Below, one piece after another: positions 54,284 to 64,000 of a DNA stretch of 64,000 nt. The translations under genes were made by a program, and so were the position numbers. Numbering within the stretch: position 1 is the first letter of the stretch; every line of letters begins with the position of its first letter. Source of the DNA: Candidatus Gottesmanbacteria bacterium (GTDB taxonomy: Bacteria; Patescibacteriota; Microgenomatia; UBA10105; UBA927); the NCBI GenBank assembly GCA_023245355.1, contig JAHFKN010000001.1, positions 75,528-139,527 on the forward strand, given 5' to 3'. Below the pieces are notes generated by a model. That model ran no database searches. It was given only the letters and a program-made list of their open reading frames with translations, and was not told where the DNA came from.

Positions 54284-56293
54284 TTACTTACTACCCTCCA
54301 GGGAAGCAATACGGTCGCGGATGCGAGCCGCGGTTTCAAAATCCAGATCGCGGCTTGCTTTATGCATGAGTTTGGTGAGTGTTGCCACAGCCAATTTCAT
54401 GTCCCGAGGTGTCATGGCTTCAGCTTTTTTGTCAGTGAGATTATCGAGCGTTACTTCTACTTCTTCGACTTCCTTTTTGACCAGGCGCTCACGGATGGGT
54501 TTCGAGATGGATATGGGCGTTATATGATGCTCGGTATTATATGCAAGTTGCACTTTCCGCCGGCGTGTGACTTCTCCGATTGCGGCCTCCATGGATTTGG
54601 TCATCGAGTCTGCGTACAAAATCACGCGGCCATTCAAGTGCCGGGCGGCGCGGCCCATTGTCTGAACTAAACTCGTGCGGCTGCGTAAAAATCCCTCCTT
54701 GTCTGCGTCCAGAATGGCAACCAGGGATACTTCAGGCAAGTCCAGACCTTCCCGGAGTAAATTGATGCCGACAACGACATCATATGAGCCTCCGCGCAGG
54801 TCAGCGAGGATGTCGCTCCGCTCCAGGGTCTGTACATCAGCATGCAGATAATGCACCTTGATGCCGTGTTCTTCCAGATATTTTGCTAAATCCTCTGCCA
54901 TCCGTTTTGTAAGTGTGGTTACCAGTACCCGCTCGTGACGCGCAACACGGAGAGTTATTTCCGCCATCAGATCGGCTATCTGTCCGTTACTCGGCCGGAT
55001 TTCTATTTCGGGATCCACTAAGCCCGTCGGGCGGATAAGCTGCTCTACGATAGCATCCGGGCCGCTTTGTTCCTTTACTCTGGAAGTCTCCCACTCATCG
55101 GGCGTAGCTGAAACATACAGCGTCTGGGGAATACGGCGCAGGAATTCCTCGAAGCGAAGCGGCCTGTTATCTATAGCAGCAGGAAGCCTGAAGCCGTAAT
55201 CTATAAGCGTCTGTTTGCGGCTTCGGTCACCCTGATACATTCCCCGTATCTGCGGGAGCGTCATGTGGGACTCATCAACCATCAGCAGCCAGTTTTTCCC
55301 TGATGCTTCATCGAAATAGTCCAGCAGGGAAAACGGCGGATCACCCGGGTTTCTTCCGTCGAAATACCTGCTGTAATTTTCAATGCCGTTTACAAATCCC
55401 ACCTCCTGGATCATCTCCAGATCATAGGTCACCCGTTCCTGTATGCGCTGCGCTTCTATGAATTTTTTGCTGCGTTTAAACTGAGCAACCTGTGCGTCCA
55501 GATCCGTATGGATTTGCGTAAATACCTTTTGGTAGCTTTTCGGATCCGTCATGTAGTGTTTGGCAGGATATACGACCAACGCACGCAGGTCTTCGAGTTT
55601 TTTGCCGGTAAGTGCGTCACGGCGGTCCAGCGACACGACGCCGTGCTCTCCCATAGTGATCCTAAGCACCGTATCCTCGTATGCCGGGTACAAATCTATC
55701 GTTTCACCCCGTACGCGGAATGCACCCCTATGAAATCCGTAATCGTTCCGCTCATACTGCAGATTCACAAGCCGTTCCATAATGCTTTCACGGCTTACGG
55801 CAACCCCGGGCTGCAACTCAAGCACGAAGTGCCCGTACTCTTTCGGGGATCCGATGTTATATATGCAGGACACCGAAGCGACGACGATGGTATCGTTTCT
55901 GGTGAGTAAATTCGTGGTGGCCGCTAAACGAAGCTTGTCTATTTCATCGTTTATCTGTGTCTCCTTTTCTATATAGGTATTCGTTTGCGGTATGTACGCT
56001 TCCGGCTGGTAATAATCGTAGTACGACACAAAATACGAAACGGCATTTTCCGGAAAGAAGTCGCGGAATTCCTGGTACAGCTGAGCTGCCAGCGTCTTGT
56101 TGTGAGAGATAATCAAAGTCGGACGCTGTAAGCGTTCGATAATTTTAGCCATGGTATAGGTTTTCCCGCTTCCGGTAACTCCCAAAAGCACCTGCTCAGG
56201 CATACGGCTATCAAAGCCTTTAACAAGTGAGGCGATTGCCCGTGGTTGATCTCCGGTCGGCTGAAACGGTGATGACAGTTTAAATGTGTTCAT
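54284..56293 (-). CDS. uvrB: Excinuclease ABC subunit B
   Basis: LLGVTGSGKT, a helicase-like DEAD-type region DESH, and the C-terminal UvrB/UvrC-interaction coiled coil. Confidence 0.9.
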   Translation of the reverse strand: MNTFKLSSPFQPTGDQPRAIASLVKGFDSRMPEQVLLGVTGSGKTYTMAKIIERLQRPTLIISHNKTLAAQLYQEFRDFFPENAVSYFVSYYDYYQPEAYIPQTNTYIEKETQINDEIDKLRLAATTNLLTRNDTIVVASVSCIYNIGSPKEYGHFVLELQPGVAVSRESIMERLVNLQYERNDYGFHRGAFRVRGETIDLYPAYEDTVLRITMGEHGVVSLDRRDALTGKKLEDLRALVVYPAKHYMTDPKSYQKVFTQIHTDLDAQVAQFKRSKKFIEAQRIQERVTYDLEMIQEVGFVNGIENYSRYFDGRNPGDPPFSLLDYFDEASGKNWLLMVDESHMTLPQIRGMYQGDRSRKQTLIDYGFRLPAAIDNRPLRFEEFLRRIPQTLYVSATPDEWETSRVKEQSGPDAIVEQLIRPTGLVDPEIEIRPSNGQIADLMAEITLRVARHERVLVTTLTKRMAEDLAKYLEEHGIKVHYLHADVQTLERSDILADLRGGSYDVVVGINLLREGLDLPEVSLVAILDADKEGFLRSRTSLVQTMGRAARHLNGRVILYADSMTKSMEAAIGEVTRRRKVQLAYNTEHHITPISISKPIRERLVKKEVEEVEVTLDNLTDKKAEAMTPRDMKLAVATLTKLMHKASRDLDFETAARIRDRIASLEGSK

Positions 56294-56419
56294 GATTCGG
56301 CTAAATTTCGTAACTGATATAGAACTATCCTATTTGTACGTATTGACAGTTCGGTTATTTTTTGGAATACTACAAATTATCCTATCACAGTTTCGGTTAC
56401 TGTAAATAGAGAAAAATAT
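56294..56419. promoter_or_regulatory. Divergent uvrB/lexA promoter region with repeated motif ACAGTTyCGGTTA (56346-56357; 56387-56399) including palindrome ACAGT-N7-ACTGT (56387-56403); candidate SOS operator
   Basis: Read from the sequence. Sits between the uvrB and lexA starts. Confidence 0.35.
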
Positions 56420-57043
56420 ATGCCGGCAATACTATATCCACGGGAACGCCAACTTCTTGATTTTATCACGCAATTCATCGGGCGTTTCGGGTACGCACCG
56501 ACGCTAAAGGAAATCGGGGAAGCGTTAAACATCCATTCTCCTGCTACTGTCCATGAGCACGTAGACCGCCTGCGGCAAAAGGGCTTTATCCGCAAACTGG
56601 ACGGAACGGCACGGGGACTTGAGGTGGTTGCGGATAATTACCGTCCCGCCGGCACAAACGCGACACTGGAACTGCCTGTATTGGGATTTATCGCGGCAGG
56701 AGCTCCTCTGGAGCCATACACCGACCCGAATTTTTACATTTCCGTGGCCCCCAGTATGATTGCCTCCAGCCAGCCGCACTATGTATTACAGGTGAAAGGC
56801 CAATCCATGATCGATGACGGTATTTTTGACGGAGATTTTGTCGTTATCCAGCATCAGCAGGATGCCAAAAACGGAGATATCGTGGTCGCTCTCCTTCCGA
56901 ACGGACTGGCGACGCTCAAAAGGATTTATTTCGAGAAAGATAAGATCAAGCTCATGCCCAGTAATTCAACCATGTCCCCGATTTTTACGACGCATGTGAA
57001 AATCCAGGGGCGGTGTGTGGGCCTCATCCGCAAGTTTGTCTGA
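56420..57043 (+). CDS. lexA: LexA repressor (S24 peptidase)
   Basis: N-terminal wHTH. The AG cleavage site is at AAGAPL. The catalytic Ser sits in KGQSM and the Lys in LKRI. Confidence 0.85.
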   Translation: MPAILYPRERQLLDFITQFIGRFGYAPTLKEIGEALNIHSPATVHEHVDRLRQKGFIRKLDGTARGLEVVADNYRPAGTNATLELPVLGFIAAGAPLEPYTDPNFYISVAPSMIASSQPHYVLQVKGQSMIDDGIFDGDFVVIQHQQDAKNGDIVVALLPNGLATLKRIYFEKDKIKLMPSNSTMSPIFTTHVKIQGRCVGLIRKFV

Positions 57044-57069
57044 CATCCCCAGACGGTCTTCTCTTCGGG

Positions 57070-57786
57070 TTATTTATTGATGATTTTTCCGAGATTTTTG
57101 GTAGCGACACCCGGTACGTCAGGATTCCGTTTGTGCTGAATATACTCATATATGACGGGAACAAGCGATAACCCGATAATGGCAAACACCGCATAGTGGA
57201 AATTCTCTTTGACAAATTCCATATTTCCGAAAAAATATCCGAGCAGCGTAAACGCCGTTACCCATGTAACTCCTCCCACGACGTTATATAAAAGAAAGGT
57301 GGAGTAATGCATGGACCCGACTCCGGCCACAAACGGCGCGAACGTGCGCACGATAGGAACAAACCGGGCAAGAATAATCGTTTTTGATCCGTGTTTTTTA
57401 TAAAACTGCTCCGTTTTGTCGATGTGTTCCTGATTTATGAACGTAATTTTGGGGTTATCGACAAGTTTTCTGCCGAAAAAATGCCCGATCCAGTAATTTA
57501 CTGTATCTCCTAAAACTGCCGCGACTATAAGAAGAAGTATAACGCCCCCAATGTGCAGTGAGCCCAACGCCGCAATAGCTCCTGCTGCAAACAGAAGCGA
57601 GTCACCCGGCAGGAACGGAGTAACGACAAACCCGGTTTCAGCAAATATGATCAGAAACAGCACCGCATATGTGAATACGCCGTATTGCCCCACAAAATCC
57701 GCAAGCTTCGTATCCAGGTGCAGTAAAATATCTAAGAATGATTGTAGAAATTCCATAGATTTAGATAATACCACGGGTGGCCCCAA
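57070..57786 (-). CDS. DedA-family membrane protein
   Basis: VTPFLPGDSLLFAAG matches the DedA/SNARE-associated signature. Confidence 0.7.
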   Translation of the reverse strand: MGPPVVLSKSMEFLQSFLDILLHLDTKLADFVGQYGVFTYAVLFLIIFAETGFVVTPFLPGDSLLFAAGAIAALGSLHIGGVILLLIVAAVLGDTVNYWIGHFFGRKLVDNPKITFINQEHIDKTEQFYKKHGSKTIILARFVPIVRTFAPFVAGVGSMHYSTFLLYNVVGGVTWVTAFTLLGYFFGNMEFVKENFHYAVFAIIGLSLVPVIYEYIQHKRNPDVPGVATKNLGKIINK

Positions 57787-57820
57787 GTCTAAAAGACCTC
57801 CGTGTTATAATCGCACCACT

Positions 57821-58564
57821 ATGGGAACACTCTATATCGTATCGACTCCGATAGGGAATCTCTCTGACATCAGCATACGCGCCCTCGAGACGCTGTTTTC
57901 GGTCGACATAATTGCCTGTGAGGACACACGGCGTGCCGGAATGCTGATGTCCGAACTGAACAAACGGTACGGATCGTCTCCGGAGTTTGTTGCCCGCCTG
58001 CAGCAGGGAAATACGAGTCCCAGACTGCTTCGCTATGACGATAGGACCGAGCAAACAGTGACGCCGCAACTTCTGGACGCATTAAATGAGGGTAAATCTG
58101 TCGCACTGATATCCGATGCCGGAACGCCGCTTATCTCCGATCCGGGATACATTTTAATACGGGAAGCGAGAAAACACGCGGCTGCTGTCGTCAGTATTCC
58201 GGGAGCCTCTGCCGTGCTGACTGCCCTTACGGGATCCGGGCTTCCCGCAAACACGTTTTTTTACCTCGGATATCCGCCGGAAAAGCAATCCAGGCGTATC
58301 AAATTATTCCGTTCCCTGCATGACGTTCATGCGCTCATCGATACGACCTATGTGCTGTATTGTGCACCGCATAAATTAGCGTCAACACTCGGCGATTTGG
58401 AGCTCGCGTTAGGAAACGCACAAATCGCAATCGCCCGTGAACTTACCAAACTGCATGAGGAATACTGGACAGGGAGCATTTCTGACGCGTTGACGTATTT
58501 TCAAAATCCCAAGGGAGAATTCGTATTGCTATTTCATCTGCCTGATACCGTAACTAACGGATAA
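57821..58564 (+). CDS. rsmI: 16S rRNA (cytidine1402-2'-O)-methyltransferase RsmI-like
   Basis: MGTLYIVSTPIGNLSDISIRALETL...DIIACEDTRRAGML matches the tetrapyrrole-methylase-fold RsmI N-terminus. The start was set at the internal Met preceded by a TATAAT box. Confidence 0.75.
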   Translation: MGTLYIVSTPIGNLSDISIRALETLFSVDIIACEDTRRAGMLMSELNKRYGSSPEFVARLQQGNTSPRLLRYDDRTEQTVTPQLLDALNEGKSVALISDAGTPLISDPGYILIREARKHAAAVVSIPGASAVLTALTGSGLPANTFFYLGYPPEKQSRRIKLFRSLHDVHALIDTTYVLYCAPHKLASTLGDLELALGNAQIAIARELTKLHEEYWTGSISDALTYFQNPKGEFVLLFHLPDTVTNG

Positions 58565-58573
58565 CACGCGTAT

Positions 58574-58882
58574 ATGGGATTTGCAGAACGCAGGAAACGG
58601 GGACCGCACTGGTACGATACTACCCGGGTGCCGCCGGGAGGAGATGCCGGGTATTATTTCGTTCTCCACAGAAATATAGACAGCTTGCGGTATAAACTCG
58701 GGAGGCTTCCTCTTTCACGCCGGCAGGAACTTGTGCCCGAAATTGAACGCGAACTTGAACAGCTTGCCGATTTTCTGACAGAATACCGGATGGATAAAGA
58801 CAAAGATTTGGAGTTAACACTTGCCGAAGTTAATCCCTGGCTTCCGGGTTTTGAAATCCAACAGAGACCGAAGCGGCGCTAA
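58574..58882 (+). CDS. Hypothetical protein (102 aa)
   Basis: ORF only. Confidence 0.3.
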   Translation: MGFAERRKRGPHWYDTTRVPPGGDAGYYFVLHRNIDSLRYKLGRLPLSRRQELVPEIERELEQLADFLTEYRMDKDKDLELTLAEVNPWLPGFEIQQRPKRR

Positions 58883-60609
58883 TAATCTTCCAGTGTGGAC
58901 GTATCTCCCACAGGCAGACCGAGTTCCTTCGCCTTGAGAATACGGCGCATTATTTTGCCGGATCGTGTTTTGGGAAGTTTGTCGATAAATTCGATTTCCC
59001 TAGGATACGCGTGTCCTGCCAGATGTTTTTTCACATACTGAGACAACTCTTCCTTTAGTTTTTCCTGTGCGGCCTTCGTTTTCGTAGATTCCAGTACGGA
59101 CTTTTCCAGCACGACAAATGCCTTTATGATCTCCCCGCGCATGGCATCGGGTTTGCCGATTACTCCTGCTTCAACAACTGCAGGGTGGGCGACCAGAGCA
59201 GATTCGACTTCAAAGGGCCCTACGCGCTCTCCTGAGGTCTTAATGACGTCATCTGCGCGGCCTATAAACCAGAAATATCCGTCCTTATCCAGCATGCCCC
59301 GGTCACCGCTTAAGTACCAGCCGTTGGTAAAATAACTCTGATATTTCTGCGGACGGCGCCAGATCGTATGCATCATGGACGGCCACTTGGGTTTCAGTGC
59401 GATATTACCTTCCTTGTTTATACCCAGATCCTGTCCCTTATCGTCGACAATCGAGGCGGTGAGTCCCGGTACGGGTTTGCCCATGGAGCCGATTTTAATA
59501 TCCATACACGGATAATTCGCGATACAGATCGCTCCTGTCTCCGTCTGCCACCAGGTATCGTGAAATGCGAGTCCGAAGACCTTAAGTCCCCAGCGGATGG
59601 CCTCCGGGTTGAGCGGTTCTCCGACGGAGCACAGGTGCCGCAGATGCGACAGATTATGCTTCTTTACGAGATCCTGTCCGGCTGCCATCAGCATGCGGAT
59701 TGCCGTGGGAGCGGTATACCACACGGTTACGTTGTATTTATCAAGCAGCGTGTACCACCGGTCAGGGTCGAAACGGCCGGCATACACGAGTGCTGCAACT
59801 CCGTTGCTCCAACTCCCGAGTATTTCATACGCGATCCCCGTAACCCACCCCGGGTCCGCCGTACACCAATACGTATCCTCGTCGCGTAAATCCAGTACCC
59901 ATCTGGCCGTCATGTGTTCCTGTACAACTGCGCGGTGCGAGTGAACGACGCCTTTGGGCTTTCCGGTCGTGCCGGAGGTGTACAGCATAAACGCATAGTC
60001 ATCGGGATCCGTCTGTGCAATATGTAACACATCGGATGATTTTTCAACGCTTTTTGTAAACGTGGGCTCGTCTACCACGAGAATATGTTTGAGCTCAGGT
60101 AATTTCTTGCGTATTGCATCTACCCTGCTTTTGAGGTCACGCGTCGTAAGCAGGACCTTAGCACCCGAATTTTCCAGGCGGTCACACAGCGCCTGTTCCT
60201 GAAACGCGCTGAATAGCGTGCCGGCGATTGCACCGATTTTTAATATTCCCAGGAAAGAAAAATACAATTCAGGAATCCGCGGGAGGAACAGAAACACCCG
60301 ATCTCCCCGCTCGACTCCGAAATCCTTAAGAAGATTGCCGACTTTATTAGACAGAAGCGACAATTCGTCAAACGTATACTTTTTTTCGTTTCCTGCTTCG
60401 TCTTCCCAGTACAGCGCGACTTTGTTCTTGCGCCACGTCTGCACATGCCTGTCTACGGCGTTGTATGCTGCATTCAGACTTCCGTCAAACCAGTCCACAT
60501 ACGGGCGTGCATCTTTCCATGTAAATTCCGATGCTACTTTGGCGTAGTCATCGAGGTTCGGTGCATGGTCGCCCGTTTGTTTCTTTTTTTTGTAAATTTC
60601 TTCCTTCAT
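58879..60609 (-). CDS. AMP-forming acyl-CoA synthetase (acetyl-CoA-synthetase-like)
   Basis: The AMP-binding motif is YTSGTTGKPKGV. The C-terminus has the hinge/A10 Lys region GKIMRR. Confidence 0.75.
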   Translation of the reverse strand: MKEEIYKKKKQTGDHAPNLDDYAKVASEFTWKDARPYVDWFDGSLNAAYNAVDRHVQTWRKNKVALYWEDEAGNEKKYTFDELSLLSNKVGNLLKDFGVERGDRVFLFLPRIPELYFSFLGILKIGAIAGTLFSAFQEQALCDRLENSGAKVLLTTRDLKSRVDAIRKKLPELKHILVVDEPTFTKSVEKSSDVLHIAQTDPDDYAFMLYTSGTTGKPKGVVHSHRAVVQEHMTARWVLDLRDEDTYWCTADPGWVTGIAYEILGSWSNGVAALVYAGRFDPDRWYTLLDKYNVTVWYTAPTAIRMLMAAGQDLVKKHNLSHLRHLCSVGEPLNPEAIRWGLKVFGLAFHDTWWQTETGAICIANYPCMDIKIGSMGKPVPGLTASIVDDKGQDLGINKEGNIALKPKWPSMMHTIWRRPQKYQSYFTNGWYLSGDRGMLDKDGYFWFIGRADDVIKTSGERVGPFEVESALVAHPAVVEAGVIGKPDAMRGEIIKAFVVLEKSVLESTKTKAAQEKLKEELSQYVKKHLAGHAYPREIEFIDKLPKTRSGKIMRRILKAKELGLPVGDTSTLEDY

Positions 60610-61721
60610 TTGGCAGGTTCGTCACGTTTTACAAACTTTGCATCCAGGCGCTTCAGGTTTTCCATCACTCCCGTGTACTCCATTTCATCCTGAGGGCCCA
60701 TGGCGGGATTGAAAAATCCCTGTTCGCGCATGGCAAGCGTTTTCTTGGACGCCTTTTCCCGGATGACGTCCCAGAACGGCTGGTCAAACAGATCGACCGC
60801 TTCCGTAAGCTTTCCTTCATGTACGCAGTATCCTGCTGCCGACATGATCGTCGGGCCGTCAAAGAAAGAAATAATCGTATTCTGCTTCACCGGCATGACG
60901 GCAACATGGTGACTGCCCCGGTTATCGCCGAGCGTGAACTGCGCCAGCGCCCACGGAGAGAGGATTTCTCCTGTGGACGGAAATTGTTTCTGACTCCGCA
61001 CGATTGCTACCGGATCGTCTTTTCCCACGTATTTACCGGCGATATTGTGGAGCCGGCTGGTACTGGCTACTGCGGCCGTAAGCCCCGTGGCGTTTTCCAC
61101 GACGGACTCAATGATGTACCGGTTGGGATCGCGCAGCAAGCACGCAATATCGTAATAATCATTCGGAACCTTGAGCGTGATCACCTTGTCGTTTTCCGTA
61201 TGATTTACATCCATGATATGGAAGGTAAATCCCGCCTGCATATCAGGAGCAAGCAGCAGACCGGCATTGTGATACGGATCTGCGTGTGCCGAAAACAGCG
61301 GGTGGTTAAATACTCCCGGACCGCACTTGTCTCCCGCAAACACGATAAACGGTTCTGCGGGGCGCTCTTCAATTTCCATTTCGGCACTCCCCGGGCCCAT
61401 GCCTCGGACATTACCCGAAAATGCGTCTTTGAGTAAATCCTGACCCGCGCCGTAGAGCCCCTGGCTCTTAGCTACTTTGGTCGTTTCGACAAACGTGTCC
61501 CATGCAAATTTATGCACATCGCTGTTGTCAGTACCCCGTGTGTGCGTCATCAGCAGTGCGATGTCGTCACCCGTAAACGTCACGTGTCCGTCGATAAGCA
61601 GCTTGCTTTTTATCGCCTCCGCTACGCGTTCTTTGGCCTTTGCCACCATGGCGTCGCTGGGACGGTTGTGTCCCCCTACGGATCCTGTGTCAGCCTTAAT
61701 AACAGATATGGTCACTTTCAT
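60606..61721 (-). CDS. fbp: Fructose-1,6-bisphosphate aldolase/phosphatase (class V archaeal-type FBPase)
   Basis: The N-terminus MKVTISVIKADTGSVGGH is the hallmark of FBP aldolase/phosphatase. Confidence 0.85.
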   Translation of the reverse strand: MKVTISVIKADTGSVGGHNRPSDAMVAKAKERVAEAIKSKLLIDGHVTFTGDDIALLMTHTRGTDNSDVHKFAWDTFVETTKVAKSQGLYGAGQDLLKDAFSGNVRGMGPGSAEMEIEERPAEPFIVFAGDKCGPGVFNHPLFSAHADPYHNAGLLLAPDMQAGFTFHIMDVNHTENDKVITLKVPNDYYDIACLLRDPNRYIIESVVENATGLTAAVASTSRLHNIAGKYVGKDDPVAIVRSQKQFPSTGEILSPWALAQFTLGDNRGSHHVAVMPVKQNTIISFFDGPTIMSAAGYCVHEGKLTEAVDLFDQPFWDVIREKASKKTLAMREQGFFNPAMGPQDEMEYTGVMENLKRLDAKFVKRDEPAK

Positions 61722-61737
61722 GAGCGACCTCCTTTCT

Positions 61738-63372
61738 CTACGCTAAATCAGCTAATAAATTTTTACCCGTCATTTCGTGTGGTACAGATAAACCTAACAT
61801 AGATAGTATGGTAGGCGCGATATCGGCAAGCCTGCCGGCCGGAAGTAGTATAGGACGATTTTCGAGTGCTTTGTCCACCATGATGCAAGGGACAGGAAAC
61901 ATTGAATGCTCGGTATCCATTTCACCATTCGGACCGATCATTTCTTCCACATTACCATGATCCGCAGTGATGATGCAAGCACCTCCCAGCGTAAGTGCAA
62001 GTGACGTAATTTTCCCGACGCATTCATCCACGATCTGACATGCTTTTACCGCGGCCGGAATGTTGCCTGTGTGACCTACCATATCCGGATTTGCAAAATT
62101 AACCGCGATAAACGAATACACGTTGCTTGTCATGCGGTCGAGCACCCTGGTCGTTAACTCCGGGGCCGACATTTCCGGCTGGAGGTCGTAGGTTGCAACT
62201 TTCGGGGACGGGATGATCAGATGATCTTCCTGGGGAAACTGCCCTTCGCGCATCCCGTTAAAATAGTACCCGATAAACCGTTCCTTCTCTGTTTCGGATA
62301 CACGCAGCTGACGCATGCCCGCTTCCGAAAACAATTGACCGAGCGGACGTTCTATCTGATGCAGAGGGAACGCCACAACACACGGACTCGGACGTTCGTA
62401 TTCCGTCATGGTGACAAAAAACAGCTCAGAAAGTATCACCCGCCGGGTAAACGGTTTTTTCCGCGTGTCTTCCTCCACTAAATGTTTGTGATAATACTTG
62501 ACCGCATACGGATCAAAACTTTCAGCCGTCTTGTGCGTTTCAAAATCCGAAAGGGTAAATGCGCGGGTAAGCTGTCGCGGCCGGTCGATACGGTAGTTAT
62601 AGAATATAACGGCATCGTGCGCGCTGATTCTGGGCATGGGAATACCTTTGGAGTCGCAGATAACGGTAGGTTCGATAAATTCATCCGTTATACCAGCGGC
62701 ATAACTGGCTTCTATAGCAGCGCTTGCCGATTTTGCTTTGTTGGGAATATCTTCGGTCAGCGCCTGATACGCACGCGCCGTTCTGTCCCATCTGCGGTCT
62801 CTGTCCATCGCATAATACCTGCCCATGATTGTCGCTATCTGCCCGTGGCCGATTTGTGCGAGCTTGGCCTCCATTTCATGAATAAACCTAAGCCCTGCTT
62901 TCGGAGGGGAATCGCGTCCGTCCGTGAATAAATGCAGATATACGGGACAGGGACACTGATTTCTCCGCATAAGCTCCAACAACGCATACAAATGGTCGCG
63001 GCTCGCGTGAACTCCCGAATCGGACAATAATCCCATCAGGTGGATACGGGATTGGTGGGAATGGGCATAGGCCATGGCTCCCAAAAACGCGTCGTTTTTA
63101 AAGAAACTCTGATCGGAAATCGACATGTTTATCCGCGGCAGATCCTGATATACCACTCTGCCGGCTCCCATATTTATATGACCGGTCTCCGTATTTCCGT
63201 CTTCTCCTGCCGGAAGACCGACCGCTTCTTCCGATGCGGATAACTGAGCATGAGGGTAGCGGAGCCATAATGAGGGAATATGGGTAAGGTGAGCCTGTGA
63301 GATGGCGTTTCCCGGCCCCGGGGGAGCCAAGCCCCACCCGTCCAGGATAATCAATACAAACGGTTTCGGCAT
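61738..63372 (-). CDS. gpmI: 2,3-bisphosphoglycerate-independent phosphoglycerate mutase
   Basis: MPKPFVLIILDGWG matches the iPGM N-terminus. Metal-binding motifs are present throughout. Confidence 0.9.
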   Translation of the reverse strand: MPKPFVLIILDGWGLAPPGPGNAISQAHLTHIPSLWLRYPHAQLSASEEAVGLPAGEDGNTETGHINMGAGRVVYQDLPRINMSISDQSFFKNDAFLGAMAYAHSHQSRIHLMGLLSDSGVHASRDHLYALLELMRRNQCPCPVYLHLFTDGRDSPPKAGLRFIHEMEAKLAQIGHGQIATIMGRYYAMDRDRRWDRTARAYQALTEDIPNKAKSASAAIEASYAAGITDEFIEPTVICDSKGIPMPRISAHDAVIFYNYRIDRPRQLTRAFTLSDFETHKTAESFDPYAVKYYHKHLVEEDTRKKPFTRRVILSELFFVTMTEYERPSPCVVAFPLHQIERPLGQLFSEAGMRQLRVSETEKERFIGYYFNGMREGQFPQEDHLIIPSPKVATYDLQPEMSAPELTTRVLDRMTSNVYSFIAVNFANPDMVGHTGNIPAAVKACQIVDECVGKITSLALTLGGACIITADHGNVEEMIGPNGEMDTEHSMFPVPCIMVDKALENRPILLPAGRLADIAPTILSMLGLSVPHEMTGKNLLADLA

Positions 63373-63375
63373 AGG

Positions 63376-64000
63376 TTAGCTGGTTGTGCTCACGACCCGC
63401 GATGCGGCAAGCTCTGATTCTATCTGCAGCAGTCTGTTGTATTTGGCGACACGTTCGCCTCTGGCAGGGGCTCCGAATTTGACATAGTCAGACTGCACGC
63501 CGACAGCCAGGTCAGCGATAAAGCTATCGTTGGTTTCTCCGCTTCGGTGCGAAACGATTGTTTTTATATCTGCCTGCTTGGCGATAGCTATAACCCCGAA
63601 AAATTCCGAAAGCGAGCCTATCTGATTAGGTTTGGCTAAAATCGCCGAGCATGCACCCTCTTTTATGGCGCGGCGTAACCGTTCAGGATTGGTGGCCAGT
63701 AAATCATCGCCGACGACCAATACGTCTTTGCCGATCTCTTTGGAGAGTTCTACCCAATGCTCCCAATCATCCTCATCAAGCGGATCTTCCAGAATAAGCA
63801 GACGGTATTGCTTATGAAGCTCTACCAGATATTTAGTGAAATCCGTGCTCGATAGGGCTGCCGGTTTATCTTTAATTTTATACCCGCCGCGTTCCTGATG
63901 AAATGTTGATGCGGCAAGATCCAGACCGAAAAATACATCCACACCGAATGCATACGGGCTGGCCTTTATGGCTTCTCTTAGGATTTCCAGTGCATCCAGA
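63376..64000 (-). CDS. eno: Enolase, C-terminal part (gene continues beyond the window end)
   Basis: SHRSGETNDSFIADLAVG is the enolase signature. KYNRLLQIE follows. The N-terminus is off-window. Confidence 0.85.
   Translation of the reverse strand, partial: LDALEILREAIKASPYAFGVDVFFGLDLAASTFHQERGGYKIKDKPAALSSTDFTKYLVELHKQYRLLILEDPLDEDDWEHWVELSKEIGKDVLVVGDDLLATNPERLRRAIKEGACSAILAKPNQIGSLSEFFGVIAIAKQADIKTIVSHRSGETNDSFIADLAVGVQSDYVKFGAPARGERVAKYNRLLQIESELAASRVVSTTS

Noticed and set aside
60531-61436. 301-aa plus-strand ORF
   Set aside because: Antisense to the FBP aldolase/phosphatase gene. Arg/Phe-rich artefact.
1-64000. CRISPR arrays / rRNA genes
   Set aside because: No regularly spaced short repeats and no rRNA-like conserved segments were seen anywhere in the window.

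Overview
This is a 64-kb bacterial window with streamlined, mostly minus-strand gene organisation. Several features suggest a Candidate Phyla Radiation/Patescibacteria-like genome, possibly Saccharibacteria-like. This is inferred from gene content only: archaeal-type FBP aldolase/phosphatase, iPGM, a short trigger factor, a sortase-type LPXTG giant surface protein, and a very tRNA-dense layout. No similarity search was possible.

Main content, left to right:
(1) A 2079-aa LPXTG-anchored surface protein with about 14 CnaB/prealbumin-like repeats and a Thr/Pro-rich tandem-repeat stalk, next to a second secreted protein.
(2) A tRNA-Pro(UGG) gene split by an approximately 360-bp insertion carrying an 82-aa GIY-YIG nuclease ORF and a tRNA-Val(CAC). 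The insertion is bounded by 32-bp direct repeats of the tRNA-Pro anticodon-arm region.
(3) A tRNA-rich housekeeping block of 17 tRNA genes or fragments overall, including a 5'-truncated tRNA-Leu(CAG). Genes here include peptidoglycan-hydrolase paralogues, a VIT transporter, a GH5-like hydrolase, polyprenyl synthase, CofE-like, MGMT and RsmB.
(4) An approximately 18.5-kb AT-rich island (about 22.4-40.9 kb) lying between tRNA-Leu(CAG) and tRNA-Leu(GAG). It encodes a large serine recombinase whose stop codon overlaps the tRNA-Leu(GAG) 3' end, an XRE regulator, and a Gram-positive-type conjugative T4SS (VirB4-like ATPase, VirD4/FtsK-like coupling protein, VirB6-like channel, pilin-like protein, M23 peptidase, Replic_Relax-like protein). 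The island also carries a candidate defence cassette: an RloC/AAA_13-like ABC ATPase with a CxxC zinc-hook, a membrane NERD-domain protein and a small Cys-rich protein, sitting opposite a single-HKD PLD nuclease plus a small acidic ORF. This looks like an ICE.
(5) A host block containing a tRNA-Val-Phe-Gly-Gln cluster, SecG, YvcK, uvrC, uvrA, uvrB with a divergent lexA, DedA, RsmI, an acyl-CoA synthetase, FBP aldolase/phosphatase, iPGM and the 3' part of enolase.

No rRNA or CRISPR array was seen.
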